A stretch of 64,000 nt of DNA from Spirochaetia bacterium (GTDB taxonomy: Bacteria; Spirochaetota; Spirochaetia; DSM-2461), in NCBI GenBank assembly GCA_963666985.2, contig CAXXIA010000001.1:672001-736000 (forward strand), read 5' to 3'. Both the position numbers and the translations under genes were made by a program. Positions 1-9,911 of this stretch are shown piece by piece (position 1 is the stretch's first letter; each line of letters starts with the position of its first letter). Under the pieces are notes generated by a model. The model was not told the origin of the DNA. It did no database searches and saw only the letters and a program-made list of their open reading frames with translations.

Positions 1-1
1 T

Positions 2-1219
2 AAATGCGCGGCGCTTTTGGAACGGGAGCCTGAATTTCTCGACAGACTGATGAGTATTCGGTATCTGGAAACCGACAAATGGAACGATATCGGAGGACTG
101 GAGGTTCGGCCCGTTTATTCTCCGCATCCCGTTGAGACGACGATTATGTATTTCCGCGCCCTTTGGGAGGGCGGGTACAGATCTTACGGACATCTGGCCG
201 ACATCGCTTCCCGGAGAATCCTGGAAAGTTTTATAGGCGAAGACGGTATCGACGCTTCGCTGGCGGATAAGATTTTCGGCGATTATCTGCGGAAATGCGA
301 CGTCAAGAAACTTGATGTCGGCGGGGGACTCATCCACGGCGCCGCGGAAGATTTTCGTGACGATCCTTCCGATAGGCTGATTTTAAGTCATACGGACAGG
401 CGTTTGAATTCGGAAGAGAAGGAAATCGGCGCGGAAGTATCGTTCGGTCGGACGGATGTTCTCATACCGGATCGAAGTGACCGTATTCGGGAATGGGCTT
501 CCGAACTGCTTGGAAAAACCATACCGGGGATTCGGAAGGATGATTCGGATTTGCTTCTGAACGGAACGGTTCAGCATATCGCGCCGGGAACTCCCATCTT
601 AAGAAAGGGCAAATCGCCGGAATCTCTGCTGCTCATTTTATCCGGCTCCGTGGAAACCTGCGACAGGAAAAAGAATATGCAGGTTCGATACACCATCGGG
701 AGTCTTGTCGGAGAATTCGAGATTCTCGGAGGAATCAGCGCAAACTGTACATACCGAACGAAAGGGCAGGTGAAAGCTCTGCGCATTCCGGCCGATCTTT
801 ATGTTCATGCTTTAAAACGAAAGAATCTTATCGACGAGAGAGCGAAGACTCTGGAAAATCGGCTGCTGCTGTTTTCAAGCGGATTTCCCGCGTATGTTAT
901 CGGCTGTCCCAGAATAGACGATTTGGCCGGCGCCATGGAGATTCTCGAATCACCCCAATCGGCGAATACCGCTCCCGGCAAGGACAGATTGTACGTTCTT
1001 CTTGATGGGAAAGCTTCCTCTTCGTCGAATGAAGGTGTGCGTCAGGTGAAAAAAGGCGAATGGTTGAATCTTCATGAAGTTCTGCCTTTTGTCGATGTTC
1101 CCCGCGATGCGTCTTGGGAGCCGGCGGATGATGCCGTTATCGCAGCTTTGCCGGGTGAAATCATCAGGGATATTCCCGCTCTTGTTTGGAGCCTGGCCGA
1201 GCCGGGTATGTTTGAATGA
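2..1219 (+). CDS. 5'-truncated metallo-beta-lactamase-fold hydrolase (putative cyclic-nucleotide phosphodiesterase) with C-terminal cNMP-binding domains
   Basis: Frame open from base 2; MBL-like motifs SPHPVET, LADI, IHG, LSHT followed by a cNMP-binding-like segment (LLLILSGSV...GSLVGE) and a degenerate second copy (LYVLLDG). Confidence 0.65.
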   Translation, partial: KCAALLEREPEFLDRLMSIRYLETDKWNDIGGLEVRPVYSPHPVETTIMYFRALWEGGYRSYGHLADIASRRILESFIGEDGIDASLADKIFGDYLRKCDVKKLDVGGGLIHGAAEDFRDDPSDRLILSHTDRRLNSEEKEIGAEVSFGRTDVLIPDRSDRIREWASELLGKTIPGIRKDDSDLLLNGTVQHIAPGTPILRKGKSPESLLLILSGSVETCDRKKNMQVRYTIGSLVGEFEILGGISANCTYRTKGQVKALRIPADLYVHALKRKNLIDERAKTLENRLLLFSSGFPAYVIGCPRIDDLAGAMEILESPQSANTAPGKDRLYVLLDGKASSSSNEGVRQVKKGEWLNLHEVLPFVDVPRDASWEPADDAVIAALPGEIIRDIPALVWSLAEPGMFE

Positions 1220-1366
1220 AAATCGGGGCTGAAAGGGTCAGTCCAGATTTTTAGCGGGTGCATAAAAACAGGCGGTGAAAATCAATCGGCGGCGGTTTTA
1301 AGCGGCCTGTGGGACTGTTCGGTGACGAAATCGAGCGAAAGGGATCAAAAACGGCGCAAATCCCGA

Positions 1367-2179
1367 TCAGTAGGTCATGACCGGATTAACAAAATAGAGC
1401 TCGGCATCGACCGTTTGTACGCCTTCCACGGAAGCGGCCGCTTTTTCGCATCGTTTTGAATTTTCTTTCACCGTTACCGTTCCGCGAATAACGACATGCC
1501 CGTCGGAGGCTTCAATCTCCAGGAGATCCACCGGGATTCTGTCGACGTAAAGGATTCGATTCCTCACTTTTTGGGCCGTAAGCCTATCGTTCAGAACTCG
1601 GGTATTGTGGTCTTTACATGCGGGAGACGCTTTGTAGGCTTGGAGAATTATTTCCGCCGCGGCTTCTATCGTAAGATTGTCCGTACAGAGCGTCAGGTCG
1701 TAGCTGGCAGGATCGGCCCATTGTCCGCCAAAAAAGAAACGGCTGAAACCGCTGCGGTCATGATCCGATTTTCTGCAGTATCGTTCGGCGGTTTTCCAAT
1801 CACAGTTGAGAATCTCGGTAAGACGGGAGACTCTGATGCCATGGCTTGCGATAAGTCTGACGCGGAATGTTGATGGAATGCCCTGGAAAATAAATTGTCC
1901 GCCCCGTCCCAAAATAACGGAATTCGTCATCGCCGCCGATTGGAGCATCGATGTCCGAAGCCGGTCGAGATAGACATCTTTGCCGGTTGTAAAATTTTCC
2001 CAGAAGGACGGAGAATGTTCGTCAAACCGTTCCAATGGAATATCCGGAAAACTTTTATCGTCGACCGCCTTCTCCATGGCGGCTCTGTCCAGAAAGGAGT
2101 ACCCGACTTTTTCGGCCAAGAGGCGGGCGGTCTCGTCACCGAGGCTTCCCGTCTCGCGAGAAACGGTAATATTACTCAT
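1367..2179 (-). CDS. Cytidylate kinase-like family protein with C-terminal BON domain
   Basis: ITVSRETGSLG P-loop-like N-terminus, VILGRGG, YDL motif; C-terminal DGHVVIRGTV...VEGVQTV BON pattern. Confidence 0.8.
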   Translation of the reverse strand: MSNITVSRETGSLGDETARLLAEKVGYSFLDRAAMEKAVDDKSFPDIPLERFDEHSPSFWENFTTGKDVYLDRLRTSMLQSAAMTNSVILGRGGQFIFQGIPSTFRVRLIASHGIRVSRLTEILNCDWKTAERYCRKSDHDRSGFSRFFFGGQWADPASYDLTLCTDNLTIEAAAEIILQAYKASPACKDHNTRVLNDRLTAQKVRNRILYVDRIPVDLLEIEASDGHVVIRGTVTVKENSKRCEKAAASVEGVQTVDAELYFVNPVMTY

Positions 2180-2283
2180 CGCTGCCTCCTCTTCCCTTTT
2201 CGGAAAAGTCTACCTACTATCAATAATAGTATTTCGGTTTGATGAAAGCCATGATGGAATATTGAAAAAAGGCGGGAAAAACA

Positions 2284-3087
2284 ATGAGTGGAGATAAAAA
2301 ACAATACTGCAAAGTCAGACGGTGCGCCTTTCCCATTAATATCGACAACGGCGCGAAAAAAGCGGTTTTGTGTATTCATGGTTTTACGGGATATCCCGGA
2401 GAAATGGCATATCCGGTGAGCAGGCTTGCGGAGAACGGATGGGATATTAGAACGCCGAGACTTATCGGACACGGTACGTGCGGATCGGACTTCAGCGCGG
2501 CGAGAGTCGATGACTGGACGCGGCAGCTGAAAGATATATGGCTTGATTTAAAATCCCGTTACGAGGTGGTCGCGGTGCTTGGGCATTCTCTGGGAGGTTT
2601 GCTGGCGCTTTATCTCGCGGAAGAATATCCGGTGGACATTCTGGCCCTCTTGGCACCCGCGATCGGAGTCAGAAGCAAATGGCAAGGGCTTCTCAGGCCC
2701 TTCTCCTGGTTTAAGGAAAGAATAAAAATCCCGTGGAAAGCGGATCCCGAATACACGTTTTTTGATGAGAGGGATGAAGGCGACGATGAATTCCTCGGCG
2801 GCGAATACTGGTGTTGGGCGTGGATTCGGAAACTGGCGCAACTGCTTGTTTTTCAAAGGCAAGTGGAACGAAAACTCTCCTTGATTTCGTGTCCGGTTCT
2901 CGACATTACGGCTGAGAATGATGAGGTTGTAGGCCAAGGAAGCCTCGAAGTTTTAAAGGACGGTTTGAGCGTGGAGTTTAAGAGCCTTGAACTGAAAGGC
3001 TGCCGGCACTTTATTCCCTACGATCCGAATCCGGGAAGCAAAGAAGAAGCGATGGACGCCGTATTGGAGTGGTTCTCACGGTTCTGA
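2284..3087 (+). CDS. Alpha/beta hydrolase (carboxylesterase/monoglyceride lipase-like)
   Basis: IHGFTG oxyanion motif, GHSLGG nucleophile elbow, downstream Asp (NDEVV) and His (RHF). Confidence 0.85.
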   Translation: MSGDKKQYCKVRRCAFPINIDNGAKKAVLCIHGFTGYPGEMAYPVSRLAENGWDIRTPRLIGHGTCGSDFSAARVDDWTRQLKDIWLDLKSRYEVVAVLGHSLGGLLALYLAEEYPVDILALLAPAIGVRSKWQGLLRPFSWFKERIKIPWKADPEYTFFDERDEGDDEFLGGEYWCWAWIRKLAQLLVFQRQVERKLSLISCPVLDITAENDEVVGQGSLEVLKDGLSVEFKSLELKGCRHFIPYDPNPGSKEEAMDAVLEWFSRF

Positions 3088-3196
3088 GAAAAATGATGCT
3101 TGGAACCTCCTGATAAGAAAGCAAGCTTTCAGAGCGGATTCAACAAGGTTGAATCGGGAGAACAGCGGCTGTTTTTACGGCATGAGATTGGACGTT

Positions 3197-4495
3197 TTAA
3201 CTCCGTGTAATCCGTAAGTCTTCGGCTCTTCGCTCCATTTCTTTTTTTAGAGCATCCCTATCGGGCCCGAGTGTTTTCGCGATAACCAGGAACAGAAGGC
3301 CGCAGGGAATCCACCAAAGGGTGGCGAAATTGAGTGTGAATATCGTTGAAGAGACCGCCATCATCAAACCTCCGATGGCCGGACCGAATCCCTGACCGAG
3401 GTTGTCGGTAATATTAAACACAGCGAAGACACTTCCGCGGCGTTCGGGAGGATTGACATTCATCAGAATGGCTTTGACATTCGCCGAGGCCGTTGATACC
3501 AATAAACCGGCAACGAATGAAAGGGTATAGTAGACGGCAATACTCGTAATTTGCGCATTAATGGCGATAAATACGGGAACGGCGCCGGCGACAATACCGA
3601 TTCCGACCATGATCGGCAGATAGGCGGGCTTCTTTGCGTATAAACGTTCTCCCCAAACGGCGAATAAAACGGAACCGAGAGTGGTCCCCGCACCCATAAG
3701 GGTAAAGACCATCGTGGCCGTTTCTTTCGGCAGAGCCCTTTCGGTTTCCAGGAAGAAGATAAGCCAGTAACCGAGGACTCCCCAGGGAATGGTTCCCGGA
3801 ATGCCCTGCAGGAATGTCCAGATATTTGTTTTCGTGGTGAAGATTCTCTTGAAATCCGTCCAGGTAATCCGGGGATTGTAATCTTCCATTTCGCTGAGTT
3901 CGACCTCCGCGCGGCCTCTTCGCGGTTCTTCGGCAATGATTGCAAAGAGGATGATAAGAGGAAAGTTCGGCGCCGCCGCCAAAATGAAGGGCAGCCTCCA
4001 GCCGGCAATGGGTGTGATGAATCCGGCAAGGGCGGGACCGCCGATCATGCCGACGGCCCAAGCAACACCCATAAACGCGGATGCGGTGGCCCGGTGTTCT
4101 TCGGAAAAATAGTCGCCTATCAGGCTGAATGTCAGCGGATAGATTCCTCCCACGCCTATCCCTGTGAGAATCCGGAGGAAAATGAACGATGCCGCATTGG
4201 GCGTGAACGCTTCAAGCCCCGAAAGAAAACAGGGGATTTCTCCTACCGCGACAACGATGATAAGGAGGAGTTTGCGGGAAATCCTGTCGGTAAACCACCC
4301 GAATCCAATGCTTATGAACGCACCGACCAAAGTAAACGCCGATCCGATGAAGCCGAGCATCTTCTGGTCGAAACCGTATTCCGCGCTGAGTTCCGGAAGA
4401 ATCGCGGACATAATCCTCTGATCGGCGAACAGGAAAACCGACATGAGTACGAGCAAAACCAGGGTAATCTTATCTTTGGATGACATCTTGTTCAT
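3197..4495 (-). CDS. MFS transporter
   Basis: About 12 hydrophobic segments; motif A GWFTDRISRK and RILTGIGVGG; start moved to ATG 4495. Confidence 0.85.
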   Translation of the reverse strand: MNKMSSKDKITLVLLVLMSVFLFADQRIMSAILPELSAEYGFDQKMLGFIGSAFTLVGAFISIGFGWFTDRISRKLLLIIVVAVGEIPCFLSGLEAFTPNAASFIFLRILTGIGVGGIYPLTFSLIGDYFSEEHRATASAFMGVAWAVGMIGGPALAGFITPIAGWRLPFILAAAPNFPLIILFAIIAEEPRRGRAEVELSEMEDYNPRITWTDFKRIFTTKTNIWTFLQGIPGTIPWGVLGYWLIFFLETERALPKETATMVFTLMGAGTTLGSVLFAVWGERLYAKKPAYLPIMVGIGIVAGAVPVFIAINAQITSIAVYYTLSFVAGLLVSTASANVKAILMNVNPPERRGSVFAVFNITDNLGQGFGPAIGGLMMAVSSTIFTLNFATLWWIPCGLLFLVIAKTLGPDRDALKKEMERRAEDLRITRS

Positions 4496-4739
4496 AAAGG
4501 CACTATAGCATGAGACAGGTATGTCGAATATTATATTTATTCCGGAACCATATCTGGTGTGACAATTGCCCGACACGGCTCAATCGTAATCCTAACTTCT
4601 AAAACTCTTCGGCACTCGCCGAATCGGAAGGTGAGGGCCGAAGCGGCCTCGAAACTCTTTCGGTAAAACTGAAAGCTGGTGCTGCCCTATCCTCACTATC
4701 CTCTGTTTTTCCGAGTGCGATTCGGGCTAAGCTGGAGCA

Positions 4740-6599
4740 ATGGAAGACGTTTCATCGCCTGTTTCGCCGATAACGGACCATATCGCTTCCGTCATGAAAC
4801 GCATCTTCGGATTTGACAGGTTCAGACCCCATCAGAAGTCTATCATCGAGGCTTCTCTTTCCGGTCGCGATGTCTTTGCAGCACTGCCCACCGGTGGCGG
4901 GAAAAGCCTCTGTTATCAGCTTCCTGCGCTGATTCGCGATGGTTTGACTGTGGTGGTGAGTCCGTTGATTGCACTGATGAAAGACCAAGTGGACGCTGTA
5001 CGAGCCGCTGGAGTGGAAGCCGGCTGTCTTAATAGCGCGATGCATCCTGATGAAAGGAATGCCGTGCACCGTTCCCTGAACGAAGGGCACATGAAGATTC
5101 TCTACATCGCGCCGGAGCGGCTGGCCGTCGAAGGAAGTTACGAACGGCTCGCCGATTGGGGCTGCTGCGCCGTCGCGGTAGACGAAGCTCACTGTATCAG
5201 TGAATGGGGCCATGAATTCCGTCCCGATTACCGCCAGCTGGCCCGTATACGGTCACGATTCCCGAATATTCCGCTTATCGCTCTCACGGCCACGGCGACT
5301 CGCCGCGTTCAAGACGATATTATCGCCCAGCTCGGCCTCTTTGATCCGTATGTCGTCCGCGCCGGATTCGACCGACCGGAAATCTTCTACCGTGTGGAAC
5401 CCAAACGGGACGCTCTGAGGCGCATCGCCGATTTCTCTCTGGCTCGGTCCGGCCGATCCGGAATCGTCTACAGGGCCACACGCGCAGATGTGGAAAAGAC
5501 CGCCGCTTATCTTTGCAGCCGAGGCGTGCAAGCCGTGCCTTACCACGCCGGCCTTCCTGACGAAATTAGGCGGAAGAACCAGGAAGACTTCAAAAACGAC
5601 CGTATCCCGGTAATCGTCGCCACCGTTGCTTTCGGTATGGGCATCGATAAACCGGATATCCGCTTCGTGGTTCACGGCGATTTGCCCAAGAGCCTCGAAG
5701 CTTATTATCAGGAAACCGGCCGAGCGGGCCGCGACGGAGATGATGCGGAAGTGCTCCTGCTCTGGAGTGCCGGCGACATGGCCAAATCGCAATTTTACAT
5801 CGAGAAGCTAAGCGATTCCTCCGAGCGCGAAAGGGCCGCCGCATCGTTGCGGAAGATGCTCCTTTTTGCCCGTACTTTCGCCTGCCGCCGCAAGGTCTTG
5901 CTGGGCCACTTCGATGAAGAGCACCCCGGAAACTGTGGAGGCTGCGATGTCTGCGGCGGCGAAGTGGAATCGGTGGACGCAACCGAAGACGCCAGGAAAC
6001 TGCTTTCGGCTTCGGCCCGCACCGATCAGCGATATGGCTCCCACTATTTGGTGGATATCGTTCTCGGTACGCTTACGGATAAGATTCGTGAGCGCGGCCA
6101 CGATTCTTTGCCTACGTTCGGCGTTGGATCAAAGGAAAAGAGAACGTACTGGCTGGGCATCGCCGACGACTTGGAAGCCGGCGGATTCGTTTATCGGGAC
6201 GAGGCACGCTACAAGGCACTGGTAATAACCGAAGAAGGCCGGAACTTGCTTTTCGGGAAGACGGAATTCCGGACGGTACGCCGGGTGGACGGCCGGAGGG
6301 AGAGCCTCCATGCTGGAAGTCTCCGCTTCGCGAAAAAAGGCACCTCCGAGGGAGAGAAAATCGAACTCGAAGGTGCCGACCTGGAACTTTTCGAAAAGCT
6401 CCGGGAACTCAGGGCCGCACTGGCCCGTGAAATCGGTAAGCCTCCCTATGTTGTTTTTTCGGACAAGACACTCCGCGCCCTTGCCGTAATGAGGCCCGAG
6501 ACCGGAGGCGAAATGCTGGATTGCCCCGGTGTAGGCGAGAAGAAATTGGCCACTTGGGGCGATGCCTTTCTGGCCGAAATCCGTATGTTCGGAAACTAA
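4740..6599 (+). CDS. recQ: DNA helicase RecQ
   Basis: LPTGGGKSLCYQ, VDEAHCISEWGHEFRP, ATVAFGMGIDK, YYQETGRAGRDG, Zn-binding Cys, RQC and HRDC (PPYVVFSD) domains. Confidence 0.95.
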   Translation: MEDVSSPVSPITDHIASVMKRIFGFDRFRPHQKSIIEASLSGRDVFAALPTGGGKSLCYQLPALIRDGLTVVVSPLIALMKDQVDAVRAAGVEAGCLNSAMHPDERNAVHRSLNEGHMKILYIAPERLAVEGSYERLADWGCCAVAVDEAHCISEWGHEFRPDYRQLARIRSRFPNIPLIALTATATRRVQDDIIAQLGLFDPYVVRAGFDRPEIFYRVEPKRDALRRIADFSLARSGRSGIVYRATRADVEKTAAYLCSRGVQAVPYHAGLPDEIRRKNQEDFKNDRIPVIVATVAFGMGIDKPDIRFVVHGDLPKSLEAYYQETGRAGRDGDDAEVLLLWSAGDMAKSQFYIEKLSDSSERERAAASLRKMLLFARTFACRRKVLLGHFDEEHPGNCGGCDVCGGEVESVDATEDARKLLSASARTDQRYGSHYLVDIVLGTLTDKIRERGHDSLPTFGVGSKEKRTYWLGIADDLEAGGFVYRDEARYKALVITEEGRNLLFGKTEFRTVRRVDGRRESLHAGSLRFAKKGTSEGEKIELEGADLELFEKLRELRAALAREIGKPPYVVFSDKTLRALAVMRPETGGEMLDCPGVGEKKLATWGDAFLAEIRMFGN

Positions 6600-6767
6600 A
6601 AGGCGGCTCGGCACCGGCGGGACATATTTCTTTCATACCTAAAATCAACCTGAAATACCCAGAGGATGCCGAAATCCCGGACCTATTGCTAAGAACATCT
6701 CTTGTCTCCACGAAATTCGTGGATGTACACGGAAATAGTTTTTTCTATTTTCCGTGATGCCCAGCAC

Positions 6768-7598
6768 TTAAGCCTTGATGGCTCCGGCGGACATACCGCT
6801 GATAATTTTTCTGTTGAAAAAAATGAACAGAAGGAGTGGAGGGATGGTGATGATGAAAACATCGGAAAAGAGCAAATTCCAAGAACTGAAATATTTGCTC
6901 ATGAAGTTGTACAGCGTGAGCTGTATCGTGACGTTTTTCGATCCAGGGAAGAAATATAGAGGATTTACAAAGTCATTGAAGATATTCACCGACGAGAGGA
7001 CGATAATGGTGGCTGTTGTCGGCTTGAGCAGAGGAAAAATGATTTGCGAATAGAGGCGGAAAGGGCTGCATCCGTCTACCATGGCCGCCTCATCAATTTC
7101 TTTGGGAATAGTAGCCATGAAGCCTTTATACAAGAGCATGGCAAAAGACATCCCCAGAGCCGCCTCGATCATGACCATGCTGAACATGGTCTTGAAGATA
7201 CCGAGGTACATCAGAAGCCAGATGGTGGGAACGATGGCAGGTGGGATGATAAGTCCGGTGAGAATCATGAAGTTAATGAAAGGCGTCGCTTTGTCCGATC
7301 GTCGCTGTGCGACGTACCCGGCCATGGAGCAGCAGAATACCAGAATGATTATAGAGAACGCAGTGAGGGTAATGCTGTTCTTGAATGCTGTGAGAACGAT
7401 GCCTTTGTCGGCGGTTAGCACTTCTCTGATATTTTGGAAAAGTTGAAAGTTCTCAGGGAGCGATATGCTTCTTAGAGAAGCTTCCTTCCGGCTTTTCGAT
7501 GCCATATTTATAACAAAATAGAAAGGGACTCCGAAAATTATGATTGCGGCGAGAACGCCTGCGATTTCACTGATGAGTCGTCGGGGTTTCTGAATCAT
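6768..7598 (-). CDS. Carbohydrate ABC transporter permease (MalG-like)
   Basis: IPKEIDEAAMVDG EAA loop, 6 TM segments. Confidence 0.9.
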   Translation of the reverse strand: MIQKPRRLISEIAGVLAAIIIFGVPFYFVINMASKSRKEASLRSISLPENFQLFQNIREVLTADKGIVLTAFKNSITLTAFSIIILVFCCSMAGYVAQRRSDKATPFINFMILTGLIIPPAIVPTIWLLMYLGIFKTMFSMVMIEAALGMSFAMLLYKGFMATIPKEIDEAAMVDGCSPFRLYSQIIFPLLKPTTATIIVLSSVNIFNDFVNPLYFFPGSKNVTIQLTLYNFMSKYFSSWNLLFSDVFIITIPPLLLFIFFNRKIISGMSAGAIKA

Positions 7599-8512
7599 AG
7601 GTCAATCTCACGGGCACTAAGGAACCGGTACACCGGGAAGGCGATTAGCGAAACCATGATGAAGAGGAATACGTTCCCGGCCGTGGACAGGCCGTAGAAG
7701 CCGCTGCTGTACTGTTTATAAATAATAGAAGAGAGCAGGTCTGTTGTGAATCCTGGCCCACCTTTGGTCATCGACCAGATAAGGTCGAAGGTACGGAGGC
7801 CGCCGATGAGAGCCAGGATAATGACCGAGTCCATCGCCGGCCGAACTAAGGGCAGCGTCATATACCGGAACCGGTTAAACCGGTTCCCTCCGTCTATAGC
7901 CAAGGCTTCGTAATACTGCTCGGGTATTGATGAAATACCCGCAATGAAGATGACAGTGGCCACCCCGACGCCTTTCCAGACATCGACACCGATTACGGAA
8001 AGCAGGGCAATCTTTGTGTTACCAAGCCAGTCAGGGCCGTTAATGCCGATGAGAGCCAGGGCGTGATTAAGGACGCCTTTCGACGGATGCAGCAGGCTGT
8101 TGAAGGTAATGCCTACTGCAATGGTGCTGATGAGATTCGGGAAGAAAACGACGGCCCTCAGGAAGTTTTTAGTTCGTATCGCCGAGGTGAGGTAAACACC
8201 GAGAGCCAGTCCGAAAACCACTTTCAATCCGCATGTGAGAAAGGCGTATACAAAGGTGTTACGGAATCCGATGCTCAGAGAATCCTCGGCGAAGAACATA
8301 CGAAAGTTCTCCAGGCCAATAAAAGTCCAGTCGGTGAGGGTCCAGCGGGTCAGGCTGAAAAAGAAGGAGCTTAGTGCCGGCAGCAGGAAAAAAACCGAGA
8401 AGATAAGTGCCGCCGGCAGCAGGAAGAGATAGCTGTAGTGATTCCTTTGGGTTCTGGTCATTGATAATCTCCGGATGTGGGAGTGGACCGGAGAAATCGG
8501 TCCACTCATCAT
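7595..8512 (-). CDS. Carbohydrate ABC transporter permease (MalF-like)
   Basis: FIGLENF, IPEQYYEALAIDG, TKGGPG; start may be the later Met (MTRTQ). Confidence 0.9.
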   Translation of the reverse strand: MMSGPISPVHSHIRRLSMTRTQRNHYSYLFLLPAALIFSVFFLLPALSSFFFSLTRWTLTDWTFIGLENFRMFFAEDSLSIGFRNTFVYAFLTCGLKVVFGLALGVYLTSAIRTKNFLRAVVFFPNLISTIAVGITFNSLLHPSKGVLNHALALIGINGPDWLGNTKIALLSVIGVDVWKGVGVATVIFIAGISSIPEQYYEALAIDGGNRFNRFRYMTLPLVRPAMDSVIILALIGGLRTFDLIWSMTKGGPGFTTDLLSSIIYKQYSSGFYGLSTAGNVFLFIMVSLIAFPVYRFLSAREIDL

Positions 8513-8524
8513 TCATTTAATAGT

Positions 8525-9823
8525 CTACCAGCCGGGAAGATTGAGCTGCTTGGCCTGCTTCTCGGTATCACGGTCGTATTTCTCGGAGGATTCCAGTGGA
8601 TCAGCGATTCCTGAGCCCACCTCTACGCAAATCTGCGGGGAGTTGGGTGCTTTGACAGGAGTGATGAACTCCAGGGCTGGAGCGGTCCGGTCCTCTTCAA
8701 AATATTGCATCAGATCCAGTATGCCCTGAGGAGTATCGGGAGGAAGTTCAACCCCTTTTACTACGTAAGGTCCATCGGCCTTGTTGGTGGCCGAGTAAAT
8801 AGCGAGACCTTCGGGAGAAACATAGAAATCTACCCACTGTTTGGCCAGATTGACGTTCTCGCCGTCTTTATAAATATAGATGGAGTTAGGGAGCCAGACG
8901 GTGGTTCCGTTGAGTCCAGGGGCGTTATCGGGCTGTGCGAAAAAGCCGACATCATTAACCTGTTCGGGGTAGTTGTTCGACAGGAAGGCGAAAGCGAAGG
9001 TGAGCATCGGATAATGGACGCCCTCGCCGGAAGCGATCATACCCAAACCATCATCATAGGTTGTGGCCAGGAAGTCGCTGTTCATAAAGCCTTTTTCGAA
9101 GACTTCCTGATATTTCTTAAAAGCCTCCAGGGCTTCGGGGGTTGTGGAATATTTAGCTTGGTTCAGGGTGAACCGTTCGGCAAAGTCAGGAACTTGCTGC
9201 TGGACGTAATAAAAATCGGAAAGCAGGAACAGCTGTGAGGTCCAGTCATCCTTATAGGATCCGATGACGGCTGTTTTTCCTGCGTCTTTCACGATTTGAC
9301 AGTTTTCCATAAACGCATCCCAGGTCGTCGGTACTTCAAGCCCCAGTTCTTTGTAGATACGCTTGTTGTAAAGGATGCCACCGGCAGCCGAAGAACTGGC
9401 GGGAATACCGAATATTTTGTTATTGACGGTGACCGTCTGCTTGTATGCCGGAGAGATCTTGTCCATGTAAGCTTCATCGGTCAGATCAAGAAAGTTCCGT
9501 TCTGGATTCAACGCCGTCAACAGGGACCCGGAGTTGAAATAAATGAGGTCGGCCATCTCTCCTGTTGCCAGTCGGGTTTTCAGCAGATTCTCTCCTTCCA
9601 GACTGCCGGGACGCAGTTCAAATTCGGTCTGGATTCCTGTCTTAGCCTCGAAGGCTTTAGCTACGGCCTGAATTCCGGTTAGTGATGTATCCTTGTCGAT
9701 GAGGAACGTCAGCACCTGGGGTTGCTCTAATGAACCTTCGGCCTGTTCCCCTTTGCCGGTGGCGAACGCTGTGCCCGCAAGCGCGAAGAAAAGAATGAGC
9801 GAAACATACAGAATCTTCTTCAT
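8525..9823 (-). CDS. Carbohydrate ABC transporter substrate-binding protein
   Basis: Signal peptide, YNKRIYKELGLEVPTTWD family-1 SBP motif, adjacent permeases. Confidence 0.9.
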   Translation of the reverse strand: MKKILYVSLILFFALAGTAFATGKGEQAEGSLEQPQVLTFLIDKDTSLTGIQAVAKAFEAKTGIQTEFELRPGSLEGENLLKTRLATGEMADLIYFNSGSLLTALNPERNFLDLTDEAYMDKISPAYKQTVTVNNKIFGIPASSSAAGGILYNKRIYKELGLEVPTTWDAFMENCQIVKDAGKTAVIGSYKDDWTSQLFLLSDFYYVQQQVPDFAERFTLNQAKYSTTPEALEAFKKYQEVFEKGFMNSDFLATTYDDGLGMIASGEGVHYPMLTFAFAFLSNNYPEQVNDVGFFAQPDNAPGLNGTTVWLPNSIYIYKDGENVNLAKQWVDFYVSPEGLAIYSATNKADGPYVVKGVELPPDTPQGILDLMQYFEEDRTAPALEFITPVKAPNSPQICVEVGSGIADPLESSEKYDRDTEKQAKQLNLPGW

Positions 9824-9911
9824 AAATGTCTCCTTGTTTTCGATTTTTATTCAGCATATCCGGTGAATTTACACAGAGATATGGAGAAACCGATACAGGT
9901 ACCTGGAATAA

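Noticed and set aside
1280..1305. gcggcggttttaag motif resembling 31913-31930
   Set aside because: Too short and too few copies to call a repeat family
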